NCBI GenBank assembly: GCA_038205935.1
Contig: JBBRBK010000020.1
Coordinates: 1 to 31,122, forward strand
DNA: 31,122 bases
Reading direction: 5' to 3'
Source: Campylobacterales bacterium
GTDB lineage: Bacteria; Campylobacterota; Campylobacteria; Campylobacterales; Sulfurimonadaceae
Shown in pieces: positions 9,310 through 18,323 of the stretch. A model generated the notes under the pieces. The model was not told the origin of the DNA. It did not search any database and saw only the letters and a list, made by a program, of their open reading frames with translations. A program made the translations under genes and the position numbers. The number at the start of each line of letters is the position of its first letter. Position 1 is the first letter of the stretch.

Positions 9310-9948
9310 TTAGGGCGCAAGTCTGCTGATCTTCCAATTCTCACCCTCTTTGGTATATAAAATACGGTCATGAAGTCTGCTCTCTCGTCCTTGCCAAAAC
9401 TCAATGCTTTGTGGAAGAATTCTATATCCACCCCAAAAATCAGGCAAGGGAACGTCACCGCTTTGAAACTTAGCTTTCATCTTCTCTATCTGCATCATCA
9501 GCATCTTTCTTGAGCTGATAATCTTGCTTTGATCGCTCACCCAAGCACCTATTTGACTCTCTCGTGAACGCTTTAAAAAGTAGCTCAGAGACTCAGCAGT
9601 GCTTATCTTTTCACATTTTCCACGCACTCTCACTTGACGTTCTAAGTCTAACCATATAAACTCAACCGCAACGTTTGGATTTTCCTCTATTTCACGAGCT
9701 TTATCGCTGTGATAGTTGGTGAAAAATACAAACCCTCTTTCATCGAAGATCTTTAATAAAACGGCGCGAAGATTTGGAATAGCATCATTTCCGCATGTCG
9801 CTAAAAGCATAGAATTTGGCTCTAGCACTTGAGATTTTTGTGCATCGCCAAACCACTGTTCAAACTGCACAAATGGGCTCTCGCTTACACTTTCCTCACT
9901 CAGTTCAGCTTTTTTATAATCTTGTCTCATATCTTGTAGATTTAGCAT
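9310..9948 (-). CDS. pdxH: Pyridoxine/pyridoxamine 5'-phosphate oxidase
   Basis: RAVLLK, FFTNYHSDK, RQVRVRG, FWGGY, EFWQGRESRLHDR, C-terminal RLAP. Confidence 0.96.
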   Translation of the reverse strand: MLNLQDMRQDYKKAELSEESVSESPFVQFEQWFGDAQKSQVLEPNSMLLATCGNDAIPNLRAVLLKIFDERGFVFFTNYHSDKAREIEENPNVAVEFIWLDLERQVRVRGKCEKISTAESLSYFLKRSRESQIGAWVSDQSKIISSRKMLMMQIEKMKAKFQSGDVPLPDFWGGYRILPQSIEFWQGRESRLHDRILYTKEGENWKISRLAP

Positions 9949-9969
9949 CGCGTATCTCCAAAGTTCATT

Positions 9970-10476
9970 TTAGTTCTGTTTTGTCCAAAGTAGTTTTGAT
10001 ACATCATATCCGAGTGAGGGCATTGTATCTACGATCTCTTTTTCTATCGATTTATCGAGTGTTTTTGTTCGTGAGAGTATCCAAAAATATTTTCTTGAAG
10101 GTTCTCCGATAACGACATATTGATAATTTTCATCTAAGATGAGTATCTGATAGTCTCCATAAAAAGGTCGAAAAAAGCTCACTTTGAGTTTTGAAAAACT
10201 CTCATCTGTCGCGTAAGCTACACCATTTGCAGTGGAATGTGTACCATTTTCTTTTTGGCATTGATTGAGGACATTGATCTTGCCATCTTTTTTTAGTGTA
10301 TAAGTTGCGCTGACATCTGAACACCCTTTTTCAAAACTATGCTCATAGCGAGCTATCTCATACCAAGTGCCAAGATAACGGTTCACATCGACTTTTTCAA
10401 CGGTTTTTAGAGGTGCATAATGAGTAGAACATCCTCCAAATAAAAGTGTTACAAATGCCAGTATAATTTTAATCAT
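9970..10476 (-). CDS. blc: Outer-membrane lipoprotein lipocalin
   Basis: Lipobox FGGC, YLGTWYEIAR, KLKVSFFRPFYGDY, WILSR. Confidence 0.9.
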   Translation of the reverse strand: MIKIILAFVTLLFGGCSTHYAPLKTVEKVDVNRYLGTWYEIARYEHSFEKGCSDVSATYTLKKDGKINVLNQCQKENGTHSTANGVAYATDESFSKLKVSFFRPFYGDYQILILDENYQYVVIGEPSRKYFWILSRTKTLDKSIEKEIVDTMPSLGYDVSKLLWTKQN

Positions 10477-11851
10477 CTTCTTTCCTTTGGATTAAATTTT
10501 TGAAACTTTCTATCGCGACTTTTGAAGCCTCTTTATGTCGCACTATTGGTTGTGGATAGTTTAGCAAGTGTGCGTTTAAAAGCCACTCTTCATCATAAAG
10601 ATTTTTCGGATTTATATCTAAGAGTTGAGGCAGATATTGTTTAATATAAACAGCATCTTTATCAAACTTTTTCGCTTGTAAATAGGGATTGAAAACCCTA
10701 AAATAGGGCTGTGGATCAACTCCTGTGCCTGCGCTCCACTGCCAAGAAAGAACATTGCTTGCTTTGTCATAATCCAATAGATGTTCTGCGAAAAACTTCT
10801 CGCCCCATTGCCACGGAAGTAACAAATCTTTTGTAAAAAAAGAGGCGACTATCATGCGAGCGCGGTTGTGCATCTCTCCTGTTGTAATGAGTTGCGTAAT
10901 GGCGGCATCAATGATGGGCACACCTATTTTTGCACTACAAAATACCTCATACTTTTGCTTATCTTCTATGCCGTTAAAACTGTATTTATAGTTTTCTTTC
11001 TCTATGCGAGGAAAATGAAAAAGTAAATACGCATAAAAATCGCGAAAAATAAGCTGACGGATAAAATCTTCACTTCCCTCTAATCCTTGGACAAAACGAA
11101 GCAATTCTTTTACTCCAAGTGTACCAAAACGAAGTTCAATGCTCAGGTCTGAAGTGGCATCGATGCTTAGAAAATCTCGCTTTTCTTTATACTCTGGAAG
11201 TTTTTCTGCAAGCTCTTGAAGGCTTACACCCGCAGGGCACTTCGCATGTAAGGGTTTTCTCATCAAAGCAATACTTTGAAATCCAAGAGTATTTATCTCT
11301 AAATCCAACTGAACAAATATACTATTTTTAAAGGTTGAAATCCCATCATAGCAAATAGTATGAAGCGTATGGCTAGCTATCTCTTTTTGACATAACTCTT
11401 TATTTTCTAAGAGTTTCAAAGCTTTTTTATAAAAAGGAGTAAACACCAGATATGGCGAACCGTCATCTTTTAAAACCTCACGAGGCTTAAAAATATACGT
11501 GTCACTCAAATATCTAAAATGAATAAACTGCGAAACCTCGAGATCTCTTTGTTTTGCATACGCGTCATAATCTCCACTTGCACACACCTCATCAAATCCA
11601 AGTATTGCGAGGTGACGTAAAATCTCTACAGGTTTACCATAATAGATTTTAAGATCAAGTCCGATCTCTTTGAGATCAGATTTTAGTTTCACAACTGCAT
11701 CAAAGATGATGCTTACTCGTCTATCGCTGGCATCTAAGAGGTCTAAAATATTGGTATCAAAGATGAAGATGGGCAACACTTCTCCGCCAAGTGAGAGCAG
11801 CGAATTGTCGCTGACTCTTAGATCACGGCGAAACCAAAGGATACGTTTCAT
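10469..11851 (-). CDS. phrB: Deoxyribodipyrimidine photolyase
   Basis: WFRRDLRVSDN, YLVFTPFY, GEMHNRARMIVASF, DYDKASNVLSWQWSAGTGVD, RVFNP. Confidence 0.93.
   Translation of the reverse strand: MKRILWFRRDLRVSDNSLLSLGGEVLPIFIFDTNILDLLDASDRRVSIIFDAVVKLKSDLKEIGLDLKIYYGKPVEILRHLAILGFDEVCASGDYDAYAKQRDLEVSQFIHFRYLSDTYIFKPREVLKDDGSPYLVFTPFYKKALKLLENKELCQKEIASHTLHTICYDGISTFKNSIFVQLDLEINTLGFQSIALMRKPLHAKCPAGVSLQELAEKLPEYKEKRDFLSIDATSDLSIELRFGTLGVKELLRFVQGLEGSEDFIRQLIFRDFYAYLLFHFPRIEKENYKYSFNGIEDKQKYEVFCSAKIGVPIIDAAITQLITTGEMHNRARMIVASFFTKDLLLPWQWGEKFFAEHLLDYDKASNVLSWQWSAGTGVDPQPYFRVFNPYLQAKKFDKDAVYIKQYLPQLLDINPKNLYDEEWLLNAHLLNYPQPIVRHKEASKVAIESFKNLIQRKEDD
11223..11252. mobile_element. Putative 18-bp in-frame mini-insert splitting a CTTACATGTAAG palindrome
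   Basis: CTTACA + CCCGCAGGGCACTTCGCA (11229-11246) + TGTAAG; GC-rich; lies in the photolyase inter-domain linker. Confidence 0.5.
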
Positions 11852-12798
11852 TATTTAGAGCTGTCGATGCTCGAACGAAGAGCCAACTCTTTTGGATATG
11901 GTTCTAAAAACGTCTGATCTAGTAGATATGTGGTGTTGTATTTTTGTGCAAAAAGCTTGATGGTGCTTAATGGCACGATGATCGGTACTAACTTATCTGC
12001 ATACTCTTTTATATGTTCATGCACGACCTCTTTTTCCACTTTACTCAGATCTTTTTTGAAAAATCCAGCCATATGTTCTAAGACATTTCTATTTTTTTTA
12101 AAAGAGCTTTTTTTAGAGATTATAAGTTTGAACTTTTGCTCATAGTTTTCAAAAAGCTCACTAAAAGGAAGAGTTTCATGATTTGCTACGATGTTCCCAA
12201 GCTCACGATAGAGCTTCTCATTTTTTGCCTGAAGTAAAAATTTATTTTTTGTATGAAACTTCACAAGAGAGTTCATATCACAAGAGTTTTCTTTTAATTT
12301 TTCTATAGAATCATAGGCAAAAAGCTGCATCATAAAGTTTTCTCTTAGCCACGCATCTTGAAGTCTGCCCTCCTCTTCCATAGGCAAAAGCGGAAAATGT
12401 TCACGACACATTTTCATAAATATACCATCTGTTTTTCCATCATTAAAACCATTTTCAAGGTACTTTTTCGCACTCATCATCCCACAGCTTGGAGAACGGG
12501 ATTTGAAGATGATACCTGTAAGTGGACTTTGTTTTATTTTTTCGATTTCAGTGTTTGAAACATCGATCATCGTCTGAGTAAGATCATCGCCAGTTTTGTT
12601 TGATATGATCTTTTCATTTTCGCCATCGCTGATGATACGAAGTGAAGGTCGAGGCGTACCAAAAGCTAAAGCTTCGGGGCAAAAAGAGACAAATGAAGCA
12701 TATTTTGATATCTGCTTTGTGACAAAATCATCTTTTTTATGCCCACCATCAAAACGTACTTTCTCTCCGAGTAAACATGCTGAAACTGCTAAATTCAT
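11851..12798 (-). CDS. ybgA: YbgA family protein (DUF523/TudS-like Fe-S desulfidase domain + DUF1722)
   Basis: SACLLGEKVRFDGGH, CPE, SPSCG, EEEGRL, RENF, YLLDQTFLEPYP; ybgA-phr gene order. Confidence 0.9.
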   Translation of the reverse strand: MNLAVSACLLGEKVRFDGGHKKDDFVTKQISKYASFVSFCPEALAFGTPRPSLRIISDGENEKIISNKTGDDLTQTMIDVSNTEIEKIKQSPLTGIIFKSRSPSCGMMSAKKYLENGFNDGKTDGIFMKMCREHFPLLPMEEEGRLQDAWLRENFMMQLFAYDSIEKLKENSCDMNSLVKFHTKNKFLLQAKNEKLYRELGNIVANHETLPFSELFENYEQKFKLIISKKSSFKKNRNVLEHMAGFFKKDLSKVEKEVVHEHIKEYADKLVPIIVPLSTIKLFAQKYNTTYLLDQTFLEPYPKELALRSSIDSSK

Positions 12799-13415
12799 CT
12801 TCTCATTCCTTTTTCTAACATTAGTATATTTTGTGTAATATTTCCATCAAAGACAGAACTCACACAAGAGATCATATCGGGTTTATGCTGTGCAATGAGG
12901 TCAATATTTGTCGTATCAATGCCGCCTATGGCACACACGGGAATACTCAGCTGTTCTTTTGCTTTTTGTAAAACACTTAATGAGACGATGCCTGAATGAG
13001 GCTTGGTCGGCGAGGTAAAAAATGATCCAAATGCCACATAGTCCGCACCTTCACTCTCTGCCTCTTTGGCTTTTTTGATACTTCCATAGCAAGACACTCC
13101 GATGATGCCTTTCGTAAAGATCGCTCTTGCTTCACAAAAAGGCATATCATCTTTGCCTACATGTAAGCCATCAGCTCCTATTTTTTGCGCCAAATGTGGT
13201 CTGTCATCAATGATAAAAAGTGCGCCGTACTTTGTGCAAAGAGTTTGCAAAGCCCTACATGTAAGCTCTACGTCATCATCATTTTTACTCTTGTTTCTAT
13301 ACTGGATGATCTTTACACCGCTGACAAGAGCCTCTTCCACTTTGAGTGCAACCACATCATCGGGAGTGAGTTTTTCATCGGTGATGGCGTAAAGTCCTTG
13401 GAGTCTATTGGACAT
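12795..13415 (-). CDS. thiE: Thiamine-phosphate synthase
   Basis: LYAITD, IQYRNK, ADGLHVGKDD, GADYVAFG, SPTKP, AIGGI. Confidence 0.95.
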   Translation of the reverse strand: MSNRLQGLYAITDEKLTPDDVVALKVEEALVSGVKIIQYRNKSKNDDDVELTCRALQTLCTKYGALFIIDDRPHLAQKIGADGLHVGKDDMPFCEARAIFTKGIIGVSCYGSIKKAKEAESEGADYVAFGSFFTSPTKPHSGIVSLSVLQKAKEQLSIPVCAIGGIDTTNIDLIAQHKPDMISCVSSVFDGNITQNILMLEKGMRR

Positions 13416-14187
13416 TTAAAACTCCCATTTTATGGTTAATTGGTCCTGCGCCATGACCGATACGAGGAGCAGTAAGGATTGCGTTATAGATAAACTCTTT
13501 TGAGATCTCTATCGCCTTATCAAGTGGATGTCCAAGTGCAAGATTTGCCGCAATAGCACTTGAGTATGAGCATCCCGTTCCGTGGAGATTTGTACTCTCG
13601 ATTCTTCTTGTGCTAAAGACTCTTCTTTGATGTCCAAAGATGAGCTGATCGACACTTTTTTTCTCATTTGCAAGTTCTAAAGTCTGGTTTTTTACAAGCA
13701 CCGTAATACCTGAATTGATGATATTTTGCAAAGAGTCAGTATCGCCAAAGCTGTAGCCAAAAAGTTTCTCTGCCTCATAGGCGTTTGGAGTGACTACTGT
13801 TGCGTAAGAAAACACCTCTTTGAGTGCATCTATGGCATCGTCTTGAAGTAACGGTGAGCCAACTTTAGAAATACAAATAGGATCAAGAACTATAGGCACT
13901 TTTAACTCACGCAAAAACTCGCCAATACACTCAATAATCTCTTTGGAGTAAAGCATTCCAACTTTCACGGCTGCTATCTCAAAATCATCTTTGATGGCTT
14001 GCAACTGCGCTTTGATAAAATCAACACTAAGCTCTGAGATGGCGCTGACACCCGTAGTATTTTGAGCAGTAAGCACAGTAATGACAGAGGTGCCAAACAC
14101 ACCGAAGGCTTCAAAAGTTTTTAAATCAGCTTGAATTCCAGCACCTCCGCTAGAATCTGAACCTGCAATAGTAAGTACGACTTTCAT
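13405..14187 (-). CDS. thiD: Hydroxymethylpyrimidine/phosphomethylpyrimidine kinase
   Basis: LTIAGSDSSGGAGIQADLKTF, TAQNT, VKVGML, TPN, HGTGC. Confidence 0.96.
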   Translation of the reverse strand: MKVVLTIAGSDSSGGAGIQADLKTFEAFGVFGTSVITVLTAQNTTGVSAISELSVDFIKAQLQAIKDDFEIAAVKVGMLYSKEIIECIGEFLRELKVPIVLDPICISKVGSPLLQDDAIDALKEVFSYATVVTPNAYEAEKLFGYSFGDTDSLQNIINSGITVLVKNQTLELANEKKSVDQLIFGHQRRVFSTRRIESTNLHGTGCSYSSAIAANLALGHPLDKAIEISKEFIYNAILTAPRIGHGAGPINHKMGVLNVQ

Positions 14188-14212
14188 AAGGATCTCCTAA
14201 TATTTATAAGAG

Positions 14213-14256
14213 ATTATATGAAAGAGAGGAGGATTTTCGTAGAGCTAATTTGTCGT
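14213..14256 (-). promoter_or_regulatory. Promoter: -10 TATAAT (14213-14218), 17-bp spacer, shared motif (14236-14256)
   Basis: Plus strand TTCGTAGAGCTAATTTGTCGT upstream of thiD-thiE-ybgA-phrB-blc-pdxH. Confidence 0.8.
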
Positions 14257-14271
14257 TTTGTGAGAGTTTTT

Positions 14272-15138
14272 TTACTCTACCTCTTTACAACTTGCCGCAT
14301 TGATAGTTTTATAAAAATACCCAAGTGCAACAAAAAGCATTGTCGTTCCCACCATCAAATAAAACGCTGAAGAGAGATTTTTATAATCATCAAGAGCGAT
14401 TTTAAAGACGACCATCAATGTTTCAATAGACAAAGCGATGATGATAGAGATCATAAATTTGCCTAAAACCTGATACTGTTTCCCCTCGGGATGATGAAAT
14501 GATTGAAAAACAACTTCATGCTCAAAGATCTGTTTTGACAAATCATAAATAGCGAGTCCCAAAGTCACGGCTATGATGGATTTAAAAATATCATGTAAAA
14601 ATGTGGCATCTTCAAACGTAAAGAGGATTTTAAAAAATACAAATCCACCATAACCTATTAACGCTAGAGCAACAAGTGCCAAGAGCGTCGAACCGAGAAA
14701 ATAAACACTCCGTTTCACTTTGTCATGGGTACTGTTAAACTCGATAAGTTTGAGCTCTTCTAAAAGTTCAATCAAATGAATATCAAAAACAAAATATTTA
14801 TCGCCCTCTTTTCTTACAACTGAAATACTCGCTTTTCCCGTGCGGTAGTGTATGTAAGGGGTGGAAATATAAAACCCATGTTCATCGAGTTCCATCTTGT
14901 GAAAATAGTGACTCTTTTCACTTCCAATCTGTTTTTCATCACTCTCTCGCCTACAAACGATGGGTGTTACTTGCACAAAACTTTCATCAACGCCATAAAT
15001 AAGCTGAATAAAATGATGCTGTTTTAAAATGCGGTCTGCATATCTTATATAATCACTTGGGAAACTTTTTACTAATGTTTCTACAAAATTATCTACCGTA
15101 ACTTTATGACGTTTATAAAGATTAATCACTTCTTTCAT
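14272..15138 (-). CDS. PDC/Cache-like domain plus 4-TM membrane protein (Campylobacter PglG-like)
   Basis: KSHYF...ISTPY Cache-like segment; C-terminal LAIYDL...IFEHEV and KFMISIIIALSIETLMVVFK resemble the PglG family. Confidence 0.65.
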   Translation of the reverse strand: MKEVINLYKRHKVTVDNFVETLVKSFPSDYIRYADRILKQHHFIQLIYGVDESFVQVTPIVCRRESDEKQIGSEKSHYFHKMELDEHGFYISTPYIHYRTGKASISVVRKEGDKYFVFDIHLIELLEELKLIEFNSTHDKVKRSVYFLGSTLLALVALALIGYGGFVFFKILFTFEDATFLHDIFKSIIAVTLGLAIYDLSKQIFEHEVVFQSFHHPEGKQYQVLGKFMISIIIALSIETLMVVFKIALDDYKNLSSAFYLMVGTTMLFVALGYFYKTINAASCKEVE

Positions 15139-15278
15139 AAAAATCCCCTTTTATACTAACAAATATAATAAGATTTTACAGAAATTTAAATGAAAAGCTC
15201 TATAAGTCTATAACAATGAATATAAGTATCGTTTTATAGAATATTTTATTTTTAAAAAGAGCGAGAAAATCTGATAAT

Positions 15279-17417
15279 TTACAAATTCTCTAACCAACTT
15301 TTTACAGAAATAGGTTTTGAATAGAGATAACCTTGAATGATTGCTTGGGGATTCATATTGAAAATCCACTCGGCTTGTTCCTGCGTTTCTACACCCTCGA
15401 CAATGAGCTCATACTTAAAGCGCTTGGAGAGTTCATTGATAATCTCTACAATATTTTGACTATTTTCATCTTCTAGTAAAGTGTCAATAAAGCTTTTGTC
15501 AATTTTGAGCTCTGTGATTGGAAGATATTGCATGTAATGCAGGTTTGAATAGCCTGTTCCAAAATCATCTATGGATATTCCGATACCAAGTAATTTAAGA
15601 TCATGAGCTGTATTGATTACCTCATCGATATCGTTAATCATCATATACTCTGTGATTTCAATCAACATGTGTCCCGCTTCATACTCATACAAATCGCATA
15701 AGCCCTTTATACTCTCTACAAACTCTTTATTTTTAAACTCTTGTGCACTCACATTTACAGAAATTCGTACATCTATTTTATACTCATTTTTCATCTTTTG
15801 AAGCAAAGCAAAGCTCGATGTCAACACCCACATATCGATTTTTAAGATAAGTCCATTAGCTTCAGCCAAGGGAATAAACTCTGTAGGTGAAATATATCCT
15901 TTAGTTTCATGAGGCCAGCGGATTAAAATTTCCAGACCTTTGAGCCTTTTTTCCCTATCAAATTGTTCTTGTACAAAAAGCTCAAAATTTTTCTGTTTGA
16001 CTGCAGCATAGAGCTCTTGTTCTTGCACTATTTTCTTTTTAAGTGCGACTTCAAGTTCTTTATCATAAAGCACTATATTCTCAGTTTGTGATTTTTTTGC
16101 TTCAAAACGAGCAGATTCAAGTTCTCGAATCACATCAGGGACGACTAAATTCTTCTGCTCGCCATCAATAATACTCATCCCGATACTTGGACGCAACTTA
16201 TAGCTGTCATCTTCAAGCTCCATAGAAATTTGCTGAAAAGTCTGTTCAATTTTTAATGCCTGATTAAAGATAAAATGGCCAGCTTCTTCCTTGGAAACAA
16301 AGAGATTTGCAAAGACAATTGCAAAGAGGTCAGAATTCATGTGGGAGACAATAGTTCCTTTATCTACCAAAGATGTGATTGCCACAGCTACCTTTTTTAA
16401 AATCTGATCTCCAAGATTGATTCCACCTAAAATATTGATCTGTCTGAAATTATTAATATCAAAACTAAGAGCAGCTCCAAATTTTCCAGTTGCTTTCGCA
16501 CTGCCGAGTATGTGATTGAGGTATTCAGTAAAAAGAAGCCTGTTTGGAAGTCCTGTAAGATGATCATGGAGTTTAAGTCTATCAATTGTCTCTTTGGCTC
16601 TTTTAAGATAGGTAATATCACTAAAGACACCTAGATAATAGATTACAATCCCACTTTGATTATAAATAGCACTAATACTAAGTATCTCTTGATAGATCTC
16701 TCCATTTTTTCTACGGTTATAGACTTCACCGCTCCATATCCCTTTTGTCTCAAGACTTTCCCACATCTTTTCATAAAACGTTTTATTCTGACGATCGGAT
16801 TTGAGCATCCTTGATGTTTGCTCTTTTACCTCGCCAATGGCGTAGCCAGTAATCTCTGTGTAGGCCTCATTGATGCTGATAATCTTTTCATCCGCATCTG
16901 TCAAAACAACACCATCTCTAGTCGTGTCAAAAAGTTTGTGAAAAAGATTTACCTGATTTTTACTATCAATCGACTCAAGCATAGCTATTTTAGAAGAAAG
17001 CATCGCATTTTCAGTAACGACTTCATTATAAAGTGTATTGAGGCGAAGGTGAGTTTCGACTCTTCTTTTTACAAGTTTTGGATTGTAGGGTTTGGTAATA
17101 TAATCCACCGCTCCCAAAGAGAAGCCATACTCTTGAGATTCTTGTGTTTCAAGTGCCGTTAAAAAAATGATAGGAATAGAAGAAGTGACTGAATTTTCTT
17201 TTAATTTTTTAAGTACTTCATATCCGTTCATAGAGGGCATCATAATATCTAAAAGGATAATATCTGGTTTCATATCACCAAGAGCGATTTCTAGCCCCAT
17301 TTGGCCATCTGTTGCTATAAAAACATTATAATCATCTTTAAATATTTGCGAAAGTAAATGCAAGTTTGATGCTACATCGTCTATCATCAAAATATTTTCT
17401 TTTTTCTTTTTATACAT
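15279..17417 (-). CDS. REC-PAS-GGDEF(degenerate)-EAL protein, probable phosphodiesterase
   Basis: REC (IDD, LLDIMMP, KP); PAS (NRRKNG); DHLTGLPNR with NSDLF replacing GGDEF; EIL, DDFGTGYS, EGVET, QGY. Confidence 0.9.
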   Translation of the reverse strand: MYKKKKENILMIDDVASNLHLLSQIFKDDYNVFIATDGQMGLEIALGDMKPDIILLDIMMPSMNGYEVLKKLKENSVTSSIPIIFLTALETQESQEYGFSLGAVDYITKPYNPKLVKRRVETHLRLNTLYNEVVTENAMLSSKIAMLESIDSKNQVNLFHKLFDTTRDGVVLTDADEKIISINEAYTEITGYAIGEVKEQTSRMLKSDRQNKTFYEKMWESLETKGIWSGEVYNRRKNGEIYQEILSISAIYNQSGIVIYYLGVFSDITYLKRAKETIDRLKLHDHLTGLPNRLLFTEYLNHILGSAKATGKFGAALSFDINNFRQINILGGINLGDQILKKVAVAITSLVDKGTIVSHMNSDLFAIVFANLFVSKEEAGHFIFNQALKIEQTFQQISMELEDDSYKLRPSIGMSIIDGEQKNLVVPDVIRELESARFEAKKSQTENIVLYDKELEVALKKKIVQEQELYAAVKQKNFELFVQEQFDREKRLKGLEILIRWPHETKGYISPTEFIPLAEANGLILKIDMWVLTSSFALLQKMKNEYKIDVRISVNVSAQEFKNKEFVESIKGLCDLYEYEAGHMLIEITEYMMINDIDEVINTAHDLKLLGIGISIDDFGTGYSNLHYMQYLPITELKIDKSFIDTLLEDENSQNIVEIINELSKRFKYELIVEGVETQEQAEWIFNMNPQAIIQGYLYSKPISVKSWLENL

Positions 17418-17420
17418 TTT

Positions 17421-18323
17421 TTAGATCTCCTCTAAAAATATTTGATCTCTACCATTTTCTTTTGCTTTATAAAGAGCATCATCAACTGCTTTTGCTAATC
17501 TTAAAGGAGTTTGATCTTCTCCAAGATACAAAGATGCTATACCAATACTTAGTGTTATATAGGATTTTACATCGGATGCTTTATGCTCTATTGCAAGTAT
17601 TCTGACCACTTTTTGAATCCCTTGAGCTATTTTATATGCTTGTTGCTGCGAAGTTTCTGGTAAGATAAGCATAAACTCCTCTCCTCCATAGCGTGCAAAA
17701 AGATCTGTAACTCGTTTTGGAAGAGAATTGATCGCTTTTGCTACTTTGCGCAGACACTCATCTCCCATTCCGTGGCCATAAGTGTCGTTATATTTTTTAA
17801 AAAAATCGATATCCATCATAATGAGAGAAAGTTCGCTTCTGCTTCTTTTTGCCCGATTATACTCCATGGCCAATCGTTCATCATACTCTCTACGGTTTGC
17901 AATTCCTGTTAGAGCATCTTTTCTAGCAAGTTCTTCAAGCAAGAGACTTTGTTCATAAAGTTTTATATGTGTTCTCACTCTTGCTTGAACCACGACATTA
18001 TTAAAAGGCTTCGTTATAAAATCAACCGCACCTACATGTAAGCCTTTAATCTCAGCATCAGCAGAATTAAGAGCGGTTACAAAAATAACGGGTATTTTAG
18101 ATGTTTGGGGATTCTCTTTAAGCGCTTTACATACTTTATAACCATCCATCTCAGGCATCATAATATCAAGTAAAATCAGATCTACTTTCTCCACTTCTAG
18201 AAGATGTAAAGCATCTTTGCCTGAAGTAGCTATAAGTATTTCATATTCTTCTGAAAGTATTCCTGCTAATACTCTAATATTGGCAGCTGTATCATCAACA
18301 ATTAAAACAGTATTTTTATTCAT
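17421..18323 (-). CDS. Response-regulator diguanylate cyclase (REC-GGDEF)
   Basis: VDD, LLDIMMP, DALTGIANR, RVTD I-site, RYGGEEF. Confidence 0.93.
   Translation of the reverse strand: MNKNTVLIVDDTAANIRVLAGILSEEYEILIATSGKDALHLLEVEKVDLILLDIMMPEMDGYKVCKALKENPQTSKIPVIFVTALNSADAEIKGLHVGAVDFITKPFNNVVVQARVRTHIKLYEQSLLLEELARKDALTGIANRREYDERLAMEYNRAKRSRSELSLIMMDIDFFKKYNDTYGHGMGDECLRKVAKAINSLPKRVTDLFARYGGEEFMLILPETSQQQAYKIAQGIQKVVRILAIEHKASDVKSYITLSIGIASLYLGEDQTPLRLAKAVDDALYKAKENGRDQIFLEEI

Noticed and set aside
14188..14271. TPP riboswitch upstream of thiD (also checked 7351-7429)
   Set aside because: Leaders are too short and no TPP aptamer core is visible; the space is taken by the promoter motif.
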